This document shows, piece by piece, positions 18,328-28,519 of a stretch of 64,000 nucleotides of DNA (positions within the stretch are counted from its first letter, which is position 1; every line of letters begins with the position of its first letter). The stretch lies in the NCBI RefSeq assembly GCF_056712565.1, contig NZ_CM160072.1. One strand, 5' to 3'. The translations under genes and the position numbers were made by a program. The notes below the pieces were generated by a model, which worked only from the letters and a program-made list of their open reading frames with translations, was not told the origin of the DNA and ran no database searches.

Positions 18328-19284
18328 TCACAACACGTTTTTTATCTCCCTTCCTGCGAAGTAATCAATTATCGACTGGGCAACGTGTATCCCGGTTTGC
18401 TGGTATGACTCAACGGTGGCGGCCGCGATATGCGGCGTTGTAATGATATTTTTGGCATGTAGCAGTGGGCTAAATTGCGCCAACGGTTCAGAGCTAAACA
18501 CATCCAGCGCCGCAAACACATTTCGTTCTTCAATCACCTGAAGTAAAGCGCCCTCATCCAGCAACTTTCCCCTTGCGGCATTGATGATCAGAGCACCATT
18601 GCGCATCATCGACAAATATTTATGACTAATGAAGTTCTCCAGCTCAGAAGAAAAAGGCAAAAGAACAATGATGACATGCGACTGCATAAAGATATCTTCA
18701 ATTGATACAAACTGAACTCCAGCTTTGTCAGCAACCTGATAGTCGGGTTGTTTGTCAAAAGCTAAAAGCTCAACATCAAAACCGGATAACCTTTTCGCCA
18801 GAGTTTTACCTATATTACCGTAGCCAACCAGGCCAATCCGTTTCCCTTGTAATTCACAGCCATGCGACTCACCCCAGTAGCCATTTTGCATCGCATGATA
18901 GCTGCCAGGGATATTTCTCATGCTCGCGAAGATAAGTCCAATGATAAATTCCGCAACCGCATTTGAATTAATCCCAACCGCATTATTGACAACAATACCG
19001 GATTGCTGTGCCGCACGAAGATCAATATTGTCTATCCCCGTCCCGAATCTCGATATTATTCTCACACCAGGCAGCAATGATAGCGTGTCCGCCTGATAAC
19101 CATCTTTTCCGGCGATGACCGCGCAAATAGATTCTCGTAATGCAGTGGATTCTGATTTAAGCAGATGCTCCACATTATTCTTAATAATAAGATTAAAATT
19201 ATTCTCTCTTAGCAACTTGCTGGCGGAAACACAGCGTGCTGAAAAGCTGGGGAAGGTGACCAGAACATTTTTCATAGCGGACAC
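18328..19284 (-). CDS. D-isomer-specific 2-hydroxyacid dehydrogenase family, NAD-binding (318 aa)
   Basis: GxGxxG motif GLVGYGNIGK and overall family pattern. Last gene of the minus-strand operon. Confidence 0.75.
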   Translation of the reverse strand: MSAMKNVLVTFPSFSARCVSASKLLRENNFNLIIKNNVEHLLKSESTALRESICAVIAGKDGYQADTLSLLPGVRIISRFGTGIDNIDLRAAQQSGIVVNNAVGINSNAVAEFIIGLIFASMRNIPGSYHAMQNGYWGESHGCELQGKRIGLVGYGNIGKTLAKRLSGFDVELLAFDKQPDYQVADKAGVQFVSIEDIFMQSHVIIVLLPFSSELENFISHKYLSMMRNGALIINAARGKLLDEGALLQVIEERNVFAALDVFSSEPLAQFSPLLHAKNIITTPHIAAATVESYQQTGIHVAQSIIDYFAGREIKNVL

Positions 19285-19346
19285 TCACTTCAAAGAACGC
19301 CACCCCAAAAGATGGCGTGACCGGTTACTGTATTTATATTTTGAAA

Positions 19347-19943
19347 TTATGAATTTGCTTTAATGCCGAGTGCACCTCCTGGATGATATAAGCCGAAATC
19401 AGCACGAGTAAATTTTTTCAATTCAGAGAGTGCAAGCGCCACCGCATCACCAACAACCAGAACAACAGTCGACGAGCATGACGGTGCTAAACCTAAATTA
19501 TCCGCCTCACTTTTGACGGGGATTTCAACAGATAAATCACAACTTATCGCAAGCGATGAGTGATGACTGCGGGTAAAAGAGATCAAATAATTACCCATTT
19601 TTTTCAAACTAGGCAGTGTCGCCAGGATTTCCGCCGTCTCACCACTGTTTGAAATAAGAATAACAACATCGTCTTTCGCCACCATTCCAAGGTCGCCGTG
19701 TACCGCTTCCGTACCGTGAACAAAAAACGAGGGAGTTCCGGTACTGGCAAAAGTTGCTGCGAGTTTTCTGGCAATAATACCGGACTTACCAACACCAATA
19801 AAAACAACTTTTCCCTGACAAGATTGTAATACTTTAATTAAATTAGCGAATTCAGAAAGTGGGGAATAAATAACCTCTTCTACTGCTTTAAGTTCGTTAT
19901 GCATAAAATGTTTAATGAGATAGATAAGATCCGTGTTATTCAT
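19347..19943 (-). CDS. SIS-domain sugar-phosphate isomerase-like protein (198 aa)
   Basis: SIS signature VFIGVGKSGIIARKLAATFASTGTPSFFVH...ISNSGET. Confidence 0.7.
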   Translation of the reverse strand: MNNTDLIYLIKHFMHNELKAVEEVIYSPLSEFANLIKVLQSCQGKVVFIGVGKSGIIARKLAATFASTGTPSFFVHGTEAVHGDLGMVAKDDVVILISNSGETAEILATLPSLKKMGNYLISFTRSHHSSLAISCDLSVEIPVKSEADNLGLAPSCSSTVVLVVGDAVALALSELKKFTRADFGLYHPGGALGIKANS

Positions 19944-19945
19944 TT

Positions 19946-21121
19946 TTATTCTCCCTGATTAATATTTTTAATTACACTCACAAGACGCGTAAGCCCCATA
20001 TATAATTTTTCTCGACCGCAGGCCAGGTTCAGACGAAGGTAGCCCTCCCCCTCCGTTCCATAGACATGCCCCGCCATAATGCCCACTTTGCCTTCATGAA
20101 TTAATCGACTGTAGAATTCATCAAAAGGATAACCAATAGCAGAACAATCTATCCAGGAAAAATAGCAACCATCAGCTGGCCTTACGATCAATTCTGGAAT
20201 ATTTTCATTCAGATACTGCTGGGTGAATTGAATGTTAGAGGCAATATGTGCCTTTAATGACTTTAACCATCCCTCACATTCGTTATAGGCAATAATAGTT
20301 GCAATTATATTCAGTACTGATGGGGAGTTTACAAAATCGCGATACCTCGATATCGTTCTGAACTTATGATTAAAATTATCGTCAGTTGAAATCATATACG
20401 ATCCTGTTAGTGCAGGAACATTAAATGTTTTCGATATCGAGTTAAATACTACTACTTTTTCTTTTTTTATTTTAAGCGCGGATGTAAAGCTACGATTAAA
20501 AACAAAATCACTATGGATTTCATCTGAACATAACCAGACATTATGCCTTGTACAGCTTGCAGCGATTTTATGCAGTTCTTCTTCCGACCAGACTGTTCCT
20601 GTCGGGTTATGAGGATTACATAATAACACCATCTTTGCGCTTTTAATCTTAAGATCAAAATCTTGCCAGTTGATAGCGTAGCCCCCCTCATTTTTTATAA
20701 TCAAAGAGGCTGTCAGAATATTTCGCTCGCTATGTTTAATTACATCAAAAAATGCATTATAGACAGGTGTAAAAACGAGAATATTATCACCATGCGATGT
20801 CAATAACTCTATTGCTTTTGCAATAGAGTACATCACACTGGGGCTATAGGTTATCCATTCAGGTTTAATATCTGTTTGATATTGTTGATAATACCAGTTT
20901 ACTATCGCATTCAGATATTCACCATGTTGCCAACGACTGTACCCTAAAATCGGGTGTTCCAGGCGTTTTTTTAATGCTCTGGTGATAGCGTCTGGTATCG
21001 GAAGATCCATATCTGAAATAGAGAATGGTAGTACATCTTTTACACCAAATCTGTCCTCGCAAAAGTCCCATTGGGTACAATATGTTCCTTTGCGGGAAAC
21101 AGGAGTATTAAAAACATCCAT
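19946..21121 (-). CDS. PLP-dependent aminotransferase class I/II, MalY/PatB-like C-S lyase (391 aa)
   Basis: Family pattern including the lysine-containing ...NSISKTFN... region. Overlaps the start of the upstream gene by 1 nt. Confidence 0.75.
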   Translation of the reverse strand: MDVFNTPVSRKGTYCTQWDFCEDRFGVKDVLPFSISDMDLPIPDAITRALKKRLEHPILGYSRWQHGEYLNAIVNWYYQQYQTDIKPEWITYSPSVMYSIAKAIELLTSHGDNILVFTPVYNAFFDVIKHSERNILTASLIIKNEGGYAINWQDFDLKIKSAKMVLLCNPHNPTGTVWSEEELHKIAASCTRHNVWLCSDEIHSDFVFNRSFTSALKIKKEKVVVFNSISKTFNVPALTGSYMISTDDNFNHKFRTISRYRDFVNSPSVLNIIATIIAYNECEGWLKSLKAHIASNIQFTQQYLNENIPELIVRPADGCYFSWIDCSAIGYPFDEFYSRLIHEGKVGIMAGHVYGTEGEGYLRLNLACGREKLYMGLTRLVSVIKNINQGE

Positions 21122-22701
21122 CAGTATATCCCCATATAGTTATCCATATCCCGACGCAGGGCGATGACTTTAGTGCCGATAATGACTTGTAGGGTATTTT
21201 GATCAAGTTTAACAACCGCAATCCCGCCAGCTCTTTTTATTGCAACTTCGTCAATCAATCCCATATCTGCGATTGTTAAACGTAAACGAGTTACGCAATT
21301 ATCCAGTGACTTAATATTCTCTTTACCACCAAGTGCCTTAACCATCTGCTCCGCCGCTTGCAGCTCTGATTTATCAGGAGTTGGGATATCCGCTATAGCC
21401 GTATCTTCGTGAACGTTCAGCGTGACAGGATTGGACTCTTCACGGCCTACGGTCATCAGGTTAAATTTAAGAATGGTCCAACGGAACACAAAGTAATAAA
21501 TGAAGAAATAGGCCACTTCGACACACACCGCGATCGGCCAACCTGTTCTTGTGCCACGCAATACGCCAAAGCTAATAAATTGAATCAGATCGCCAGTAAA
21601 TCCCATCTTCACGCCCATATATGGCAGAACCATGTTAGCGAATCCATTCATAAAGGCATGGAAGACAAACAGCAGTGGACTGACAAATAAGAACAGAAAC
21701 TCAATCGGTTCGCTGACGCCGCCAATAATCACCGTAAGCACCCCGGAAATAAGCAATGCTTTGATAGCCTTTCTGTTTTGAGCATGAGCAGTGCGATACA
21801 TCGCCAGCGCGGCACCAGCCAGACCATACTGAATCATCAGTTTGCCCTGCTCCATTTTCCCCGCCAAATCCAGCGGAATGACCGCATTCTCTTTAACGTA
21901 TGCCATAAACATGTTCAGGGTGCCGTAATATTCTTCGCCGCCAATCACAGCCGAACCGCCGATTGGCGTAAAGCGGAAAACTGACGTCACCAGATGGTTT
22001 AAGCCAAAAGGAATCGTCACACGTTCGGCAACTGCATAGAAGAAATAACCAACAGGACCGGAAGTTGAAATCCAGTGTCCAATGAGCATGAAAAGATTGA
22101 AAAACGGCGGCCAGATAAAAGGAATGATCAGACCAAATCCACTCATCACAATCAGTGTAATGATAGGCACCAGACGTGGGCCGCTATAAAAACCTAATGA
22201 TTCTGGAATGCGTAAATTAACGATCTTTTTATACATGCTGGCGACTAATAACCCAGCAACAATTCCCCCCAACACGCTGGTATTGTAGGACTGGATCCCC
22301 AGAATGATGGTTTGCCCATGTGTCGACATTTGGTCAGCAACGACCAATAAGTCGTGCTGTTTAAGATAAAAGTTCGTTCCCAGATGCATCGCCATAAAAC
22401 CAATTAAGCCAGAAAAAGCACCATAGGCTTTATCCTCTTTATCTTTTAATAATCCTAAGGGAATCGCTATCGCAAACAATACAGGTAAATTAACAAAGGC
22501 AAACAAACCAAGACTAACAATGAAATCAAGTATGGTTTTAATTATTGGAATAGCCAGAAATGGAATTAACTTTGCCATATCATCACTGGCTAAACCACTT
22601 CCCAGCCCTAGCATCATGCCACATACACTTAGCAGAGCAATGGGATACATAAATGCCTTCCCCAGGCTCTGAAAAAAACTCCAGGCTTTCTTTTGTTTCA
22701 T
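21121..22701 (-). CDS. PTS EIICB component, glucose/maltose family (526 aa)
   Basis: Multi-TM EIIC domain and C-terminal EIIB domain with the phospho-cysteine motif NCVTRLRL. Confidence 0.8.
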   Translation of the reverse strand: MKQKKAWSFFQSLGKAFMYPIALLSVCGMMLGLGSGLASDDMAKLIPFLAIPIIKTILDFIVSLGLFAFVNLPVLFAIAIPLGLLKDKEDKAYGAFSGLIGFMAMHLGTNFYLKQHDLLVVADQMSTHGQTIILGIQSYNTSVLGGIVAGLLVASMYKKIVNLRIPESLGFYSGPRLVPIITLIVMSGFGLIIPFIWPPFFNLFMLIGHWISTSGPVGYFFYAVAERVTIPFGLNHLVTSVFRFTPIGGSAVIGGEEYYGTLNMFMAYVKENAVIPLDLAGKMEQGKLMIQYGLAGAALAMYRTAHAQNRKAIKALLISGVLTVIIGGVSEPIEFLFLFVSPLLFVFHAFMNGFANMVLPYMGVKMGFTGDLIQFISFGVLRGTRTGWPIAVCVEVAYFFIYYFVFRWTILKFNLMTVGREESNPVTLNVHEDTAIADIPTPDKSELQAAEQMVKALGGKENIKSLDNCVTRLRLTIADMGLIDEVAIKRAGGIAVVKLDQNTLQVIIGTKVIALRRDMDNYMGIY

Positions 22702-22732
22702 GTGGGTTATCTCATATAAATGTTATATATAA

Positions 22733-23557
22733 TTAGTCCATTAATACTTTGGTACGAATAGAGAGATATAATTTTTCTTCTAAAATTAATTCATATTTAA
22801 AAGTGGCATACAGATACCGTTCAATTTCATGAATTGCGCGCTGTAACAGGATGTCCTTTTCAAGAAACTGTTCATAGATATCACCAATATCTTTCTGTTT
22901 TATTTTTTCATTGCATAACACGCGACTTGAAAAATATTTAAGGTGCATCATAAATCTGGAATAGTTAAATGAACTTCTGTCCACCTTTCTGTTATAAACA
23001 ACTTCAATAAGCTCCGTGATTATTTGCGACAACTCAATAATCCGTACTGATTCATAATCAACTGAATTTTCATAATTATTTAAAATATGCAATGCTATAA
23101 AACCAATCTCATCATCAGGAAGTTGAACGCTGAATTGCTCATTAATGATAGTTAATGCATCGCGACTTATCGCATACTCTGCTTTGTACAACGCTTTGAT
23201 TTCATCAAGGAAAACATTATTAATTTGTATACCTGAAACGACTCGGGATATTGCATTCGAAATGTGATCCGCAAGAATCAATAGTAGCGATGGATTGAGA
23301 TTTTTTTCGAGATTTTTCTCCGCATATTGCACTATTTTTTCGGCAACAAACACATACTCAATATCTACATGTTCAATCAATTTATAAAGTTTGTTTTTTT
23401 GTTCATTTCTGACATAAAAAATCCGGTTAGCCGGATGCTCAGGGACCGACATTCCATATTTTTTGTTGTAACCGACGCCAGGCCCAGAAATGATAACCTC
23501 CTGTCCATTCATCGATGCCTGTACACAATTATTGTTCATGACTTTTTCGATGATCAT
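22733..23557 (-). CDS. BglG/LicT-family transcription antiterminator (CAT RNA-binding domain plus two PRDs)
   Basis: N-terminus MIIEKVMNNNCVQASMNGQEVIISGPGVGYNKKYG resembles the CAT domain of BglG/LicT. The start is moved in from the track ORF because a terminator/RAT leader lies immediately upstream. Confidence 0.75.
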   Translation of the reverse strand: MIIEKVMNNNCVQASMNGQEVIISGPGVGYNKKYGMSVPEHPANRIFYVRNEQKNKLYKLIEHVDIEYVFVAEKIVQYAEKNLEKNLNPSLLLILADHISNAISRVVSGIQINNVFLDEIKALYKAEYAISRDALTIINEQFSVQLPDDEIGFIALHILNNYENSVDYESVRIIELSQIITELIEVVYNRKVDRSSFNYSRFMMHLKYFSSRVLCNEKIKQKDIGDIYEQFLEKDILLQRAIHEIERYLYATFKYELILEEKLYLSIRTKVLMD

Positions 23558-23568
23558 TCCATGGCTCC

Positions 23569-23642
23569 AAAAAAAAAGGCAAGGCACGTCAGAAGTAATA
23601 ACTACTTCAAACATTGCCTTGCCTGATTTAACAGTTACAAGA
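23569..23642 (-). promoter_or_regulatory. RAT-like sequence overlapping a leader terminator (PRD-antiterminator attenuator)
   Basis: On the minus strand, cttgtaactgttaaatcaggcaaggca resembles the bgl RAT (ttgttactg...caggcaaaacc). It overlaps the 5' arm of a hairpin (ggcaaggca / tgccttgcc, inner gaagta/tacttc) that is followed by 9 U, 12 nt before the ATG. Confidence 0.55.
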
Positions 23643-23814
23643 TGATTAACTAATGCGTATACATTACACGGAATTGTGCTTAATTAAAGAGATGGTCGGC
23701 TTATTTTTCAAGCCGACATTCAAATATCCGACATCAGTCACAAAACCAGCGTCTAATATTCAGGTAAATGTTATCTATTCAACGAAATATAAATTCATTG
23801 AATAAATAAAAACA

Positions 23815-25068
23815 TTATCCCCTTCTCGCCAGCGTCGCCCCATCGGCAAAATACGCTTTAATTCCCGCAAGAATAGACTCCGCAACTTCCTGCTGGAAAG
23901 TCGCCGTTTTCAGTTTACGCTCTTCCTCAACGTTACTGATAAACGCCGTTTCGACCAGAATGGAGGGAATATCTGGTGCCTTTAGTACGGCAAACCCGGC
24001 CTGTTCAACTTGATTTTTATGCAGCTTGTTGATTTTACCGAGCTTATTCAGCACCGCTTTACCAAACTTAAGGCTGTCGGCAATGGTCAGCGACTGCACC
24101 ATATCGAACATGGTGTGGTCGACATAGCGGTCACCGCTTTTGCTTACGCCACCAATCAAGTCCGAGGCGTTCTGGGTTTGTGCCAGATATTTTGCCGCAG
24201 TACTGGTTGCGCCTTTGGTTGAGAGCGCAAACACCGAGGAACCGCTCGGCTGGCGACTGGTAAAGGCGTCGGCATGGATAGAAACAAACAAGTCAGCGCG
24301 CTGTTTCTGGGCTTTTGCTACGCGCACTTGCAACGGAATGAAGATGTCTTCATTGCGCGTCATGTACACCTTCATATTGCCCTCTTTCTCGATCAGAGAG
24401 CGCAGACGGCGAGCTATTTGCAATACCACGTCTTTTTCGCGCGTTTTGTATTTCCCCACCGCACCGGAGTCTTCGCCACCGTGGCCAGGGTCAAGCATAA
24501 TGACAATCGGACGATCCCGCCCAGCTTTACCCGGTTGTGGACCACTTTGTGCTGGCGGCACCTGCTTTTCGAGGTCGCCTTTGTTGTAATCCTCCAGCAG
24601 CGCCAGCAGCGGGTCCTGCATATCCTGTGCATTGGCCGGATAGAGGTCCATCACCAGACGCTCTTTAAACCCGGCGACCGGCGCAAGGGCAAACAGCTGC
24701 GGTTTTACGTTTTGCTTTAATTCAAAAACCATACGTACGGTTTGCGGGTCAAATTGCCCGACGCGCGCCGACTTGATGAACGGGTCGTCAGCGCGGATTT
24801 GCGCAGCCATCCCCTTGAGCACCGAGTTCAGGTTTACATCTTCGATATCCACCACCACGCGTTCAGGATTACTCAACGCGAACTGCTTATATTTCAGCTG
24901 ACGATTTGATTCTACCGTCACGCGGGTGTAGCTGGACGCAGGCCAGACGCGCACCGCCACGACCTGGCTGACCGCAGCCAGGCTGACCTGACTTACGCTC
25001 AATAGCCACATGGCACCCGCGCCTTGCAGTAAACGACGACGGCTGATTGCAGTGTTGGATCCTGACAT
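23815..25068 (-). CDS. amiC: N-acetylmuramoyl-L-alanine amidase AmiC (Tat signal)
   Basis: Translation starts [23 protein letters not shown] (twin-arginine signal) with an amidase_3 C-terminal domain. The track ORF carries a 30-codon N-terminal extension. Confidence 0.93.
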
Positions 25069-25299
25069 GCCTCTCCCGAGCAAAAGAAATCTAAGCTGTG
25101 TAACAAGTAAACGACCAATTTGACCGGAAACTTTAGCGAAAGACGCATAATCTGTCATCTATAAAACGGTAAACATTCTTTTTATATTCACGGTATTACT
25201 GATAAAAAACTCGCTCCCGCATAAAATTTACACTTGCACCCTGCGAAAAAACAGAATAAAAATACAATAATTTCGAATAATCATGCAAAGAGGTATACC

Positions 25300-26631
25300 G
25301 TGGTAAAGGAACGTAAAACCGAGCTGGTCGAGGGATTCCGCCATTCGGTTCCCTATATCAATACCCACCGGGGAAAAACGTTTGTCATCATGCTCGGCGG
25401 TGAAGCCATTGAGCATGAGAATTTCTCCAGTATCGTTAATGATATCGGGTTGTTGCACAGCCTCGGCATCCGTCTGGTGGTGGTCTATGGCGCACGTCCG
25501 CAGATCGACGCAAATCTGGCTGCACATCACCACGAACCGCTGTATCACAAGAATATACGTGTGACCGACGCCAAAACACTGGAACTGGTGAAGCAGGCAG
25601 CGGGAACATTGCAACTGGATATTACTGCTCGCCTGTCGATGAGTCTCAATAACACACCGCTGCAGGGCGCGCATATCAACGTCGTCAGTGGTAATTTTAT
25701 TATTGCCCAGCCGCTGGGCGTCGATGACGGCGTGGATTACTGTCATAGCGGGCGTATCCGGCGGATTGATGAAGACGCGATCCATCGTCAACTGGACAGC
25801 GGTGCAATAGTGCTAATGGGGCCGGTCGCTGTTTCGGTCACTGGCGAGAGCTTTAATCTGACCTCGGAAGAGATTGCCACTCAACTGGCCATCAAACTGA
25901 AAGCTGAAAAAATGATTGGTTTTTGCTCTTCCCAGGGCGTCACTAATGACGACGGTGATATTGTCTCCGAACTTTTCCCTAACGAAGCGCAAGCACGGGT
26001 AGAAGCCCAGGAAGAGAAAGGCGATTACAACTCCGGTACGGTGCGCTTTTTGCGTGGCGCAGTGAAAGCCTGCCGCAGCGGCGTGCGTCGCTGTCATTTA
26101 ATCAGTTATCAGGAAGATGGCGCGCTGTTGCAAGAGTTGTTCTCACGCGACGGTATCGGTACGCAGATTGTGATGGAAAGCGCCGAGCAGATTCGTCGCG
26201 CAACAATCAACGATATTGGCGGTATTCTGGAGTTGATTCGCCCGCTGGAGCAACAAGGTATTCTGGTACGCCGTTCTCGCGAGCAGCTGGAGATGGAAAT
26301 CGACAAATTCACCATTATTCAGCGCGATAACACGACTATTGCCTGCGCCGCGCTCTATCCGTTCCCGGAAGAGAAGATTGGGGAAATGGCCTGTGTGGCA
26401 GTTCACCCGGATTACCGCAGTTCATCACGGGGCGAGGTTCTGCTGGAACGCATTGCCGCTCAGGCGAAGCAGAGCGGCTTAAGCAAATTGTTTGTGCTGA
26501 CCACGCGCAGTATTCACTGGTTCCAGGAACGTGGATTTACCCCAGTGGATATTGATTTACTGCCCGAGAGCAAAAAGCAGTTGTACAACTACCAGCGTAA
26601 ATCCAAAGTTTTGATGGCGGATTTAGGGTAA
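25300..26631 (+). CDS. argA: N-acetylglutamate synthase ArgA (GTG start)
   Basis: [33 protein letters not shown] matches the ArgA N-terminus. Amino-acid kinase plus GNAT domains. Divergent from amiC. Confidence 0.93.
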   Translation: MVKERKTELVEGFRHSVPYINTHRGKTFVIMLGGEAIEHENFSSIVNDIGLLHSLGIRLVVVYGARPQIDANLAAHHHEPLYHKNIRVTDAKTLELVKQAAGTLQLDITARLSMSLNNTPLQGAHINVVSGNFIIAQPLGVDDGVDYCHSGRIRRIDEDAIHRQLDSGAIVLMGPVAVSVTGESFNLTSEEIATQLAIKLKAEKMIGFCSSQGVTNDDGDIVSELFPNEAQARVEAQEEKGDYNSGTVRFLRGAVKACRSGVRRCHLISYQEDGALLQELFSRDGIGTQIVMESAEQIRRATINDIGGILELIRPLEQQGILVRRSREQLEMEIDKFTIIQRDNTTIACAALYPFPEEKIGEMACVAVHPDYRSSSRGEVLLERIAAQAKQSGLSKLFVLTTRSIHWFQERGFTPVDIDLLPESKKQLYNYQRKSKVLMADLG

Positions 26632-26643
26632 GCGATGAAAATC

Positions 26644-26683
26644 GCCGGATGCGACATGCGTAACACTCGTGCGTCGCATCAGG
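26644..26683. repeat. REP-like palindrome / bidirectional terminator between convergent argA and recD
   Basis: Inverted repeat gatgcgacatgcg...cgtgcgtcgcatc flanked by GCCGGATG-type REP sequence. Confidence 0.4.
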
Positions 26684-26692
26684 CAATTACGT

Positions 26693-28519
26693 TTATCCCC
26701 GTGAACTAAACAACGCCGCCAGACCACTGCGCCGCTCAGTACGAGTGGCGATTGCCGCACTTAATATGCGCTCATCGGCATACAGCGACAGACGGCGACG
26801 CGCGCGGGTCACCGCGGTGTAAACCAGCTCTCGCGTTACTACCGGCGTGCGTTGACTCGGTAAAATCAACGCCGCATGGTCGAACTCCGATCCCTGCGAT
26901 TTATGTACCGTCATCGCCCACGTCGTTTCGTGCTCTGGCAGGCGACTCGGTTGCACAGACTTAATATTGCCGTCCGGCATCGCAAACCAGACGCGCGTCC
27001 CCTGCCCGCGATCCAGCGCAATACCAATATCGCCATTAAACAACCCAAGCGCGCTGTCATTACGGGCAATCATCACCGGTCGGCCTTCGTACCAACGAGA
27101 GTGCGGATGACGATGAATTTTGCGCTTCTGTTGCATAAACTGCTCAATTCGCTCATTCAGTCCAGCCACGCCAAACGGCCCTTCCCGCAGGGCGCACAAA
27201 AGCTGGTACTCATTGAACGCCTGAATGATTAAATCCGGCTCGGCACGCGCTTGCAGCAGATCCAGATAACGTCCGTAACCCGCAAGAGCTTCCTCAAGCA
27301 TCGCAATATAATCTTCGCCGCTCTGTAAAAGTCGTTTTTCGATATCAGTAAAATCCTGCTGAAAAACGGTTTTCACTGCCGTTTTATCACCACGGTTAAT
27401 CGCCGCAGCTAACTGACCAATGCCAGAATCGCTGCCGAAACGATAGCTTTTTTGCAGCAGGCAGAGGCTGTCGCGCAAAGATGCCGCTTCTGTGCCAGTT
27501 CCTGCTGGAACGTGGCTTCCCGTCAGGCGGCTCAACTGCCCGGCACGCTCGGCGGTAAAGCCCGCGTTGGCATAAGCGCAGATATCGCCCAGCACAGCCC
27601 CAGCCTCAACCGAGGCCAGTTGATCACGATCGCCGAGAAAGATCACTCGCGCATGATCGGGCAAGGCGTCGATCAGTCTCGACATCATAGGAAGATCGAT
27701 CATTGACGCTTCATCTACCACCAGCACATCAAGATGCAGCGGGTTACCGGCATGATGACGTAAACGCTGGCTACCCGGCTGCGCACCCAGCAATCGGTGC
27801 AAAGTGCTGGCATCTTCCGGAATGCGTTTCTTTTGTTCATCGGTCAGCGGTAATTGTCGCAAAGCCTTGCCGAGAGATTCGGTTAAGCGCGCGGCAGCTT
27901 TACCCGTTGGTGCAGCCAGACGGATACGGCAGCGTTCGCCGTCGGCCATCTGAATTAAGGCTGCCAGCAACTTCGCTACGGTGGTCGTTTTACCGGTGCC
28001 AGGACCGCCGGAAATCACCGAAATCCGCCGCGTCAGCGCCACTGCCGCCGCAACTTTTTGCCAGTTAATTTCATCGCTTACTGGAAAAAGTTTGTCCAGG
28101 GTTTGCGCCAGTAGAGCTTCATCAACCTCAATGGCATGATTCACTTCGTTGAAAAAGCGTGCCACTGTGCGCTCGTTACACCACATGCGATTCAAATAAA
28201 GACGATCGCCACAGAGGATCATCGGCGTTGGTTCATCTCCCCGGCTGACCGCTTGTGAAGCCAGCAAGCATTCTTCCCAATTTTGTAGTTCACCGATTTC
28301 ACTGACACAGGTCGCCAACAGCGGATGCGATGCCTCGTTATTTTCCAGTCGTGAAAGCGGCAAACAAACGTGTCCCTCTCCGGCATCATGACTTAATAGT
28401 GCCGCCGCGAGGGTGACGGCAGGATGTTCATCTCCCGCCACGGTCAGGGCAAACTGCACGTCCAGCGGGCGTAGCTGTTTGTGCTCCACAGCTTCCAGTA
28501 ATTGCTTTTGCAATTTCAT
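26693..28519 (-). CDS. recD: RecBCD exonuclease V subunit RecD (608 aa)
   Basis: Walker [11 protein letters not shown]. Length and gene order. Confidence 0.95.
   Translation of the reverse strand: MKLQKQLLEAVEHKQLRPLDVQFALTVAGDEHPAVTLAAALLSHDAGEGHVCLPLSRLENNEASHPLLATCVSEIGELQNWEECLLASQAVSRGDEPTPMILCGDRLYLNRMWCNERTVARFFNEVNHAIEVDEALLAQTLDKLFPVSDEINWQKVAAAVALTRRISVISGGPGTGKTTTVAKLLAALIQMADGERCRIRLAAPTGKAAARLTESLGKALRQLPLTDEQKKRIPEDASTLHRLLGAQPGSQRLRHHAGNPLHLDVLVVDEASMIDLPMMSRLIDALPDHARVIFLGDRDQLASVEAGAVLGDICAYANAGFTAERAGQLSRLTGSHVPAGTGTEAASLRDSLCLLQKSYRFGSDSGIGQLAAAINRGDKTAVKTVFQQDFTDIEKRLLQSGEDYIAMLEEALAGYGRYLDLLQARAEPDLIIQAFNEYQLLCALREGPFGVAGLNERIEQFMQQKRKIHRHPHSRWYEGRPVMIARNDSALGLFNGDIGIALDRGQGTRVWFAMPDGNIKSVQPSRLPEHETTWAMTVHKSQGSEFDHAALILPSQRTPVVTRELVYTAVTRARRRLSLYADERILSAAIATRTERRSGLAALFSSRG

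Noticed and set aside
23691-23720. Hairpin gtcggctt...aagccgac downstream of amiC
   Set aside because: No convincing U-tract on either strand. Could be a weak amiC terminator, but evidence is insufficient to annotate.
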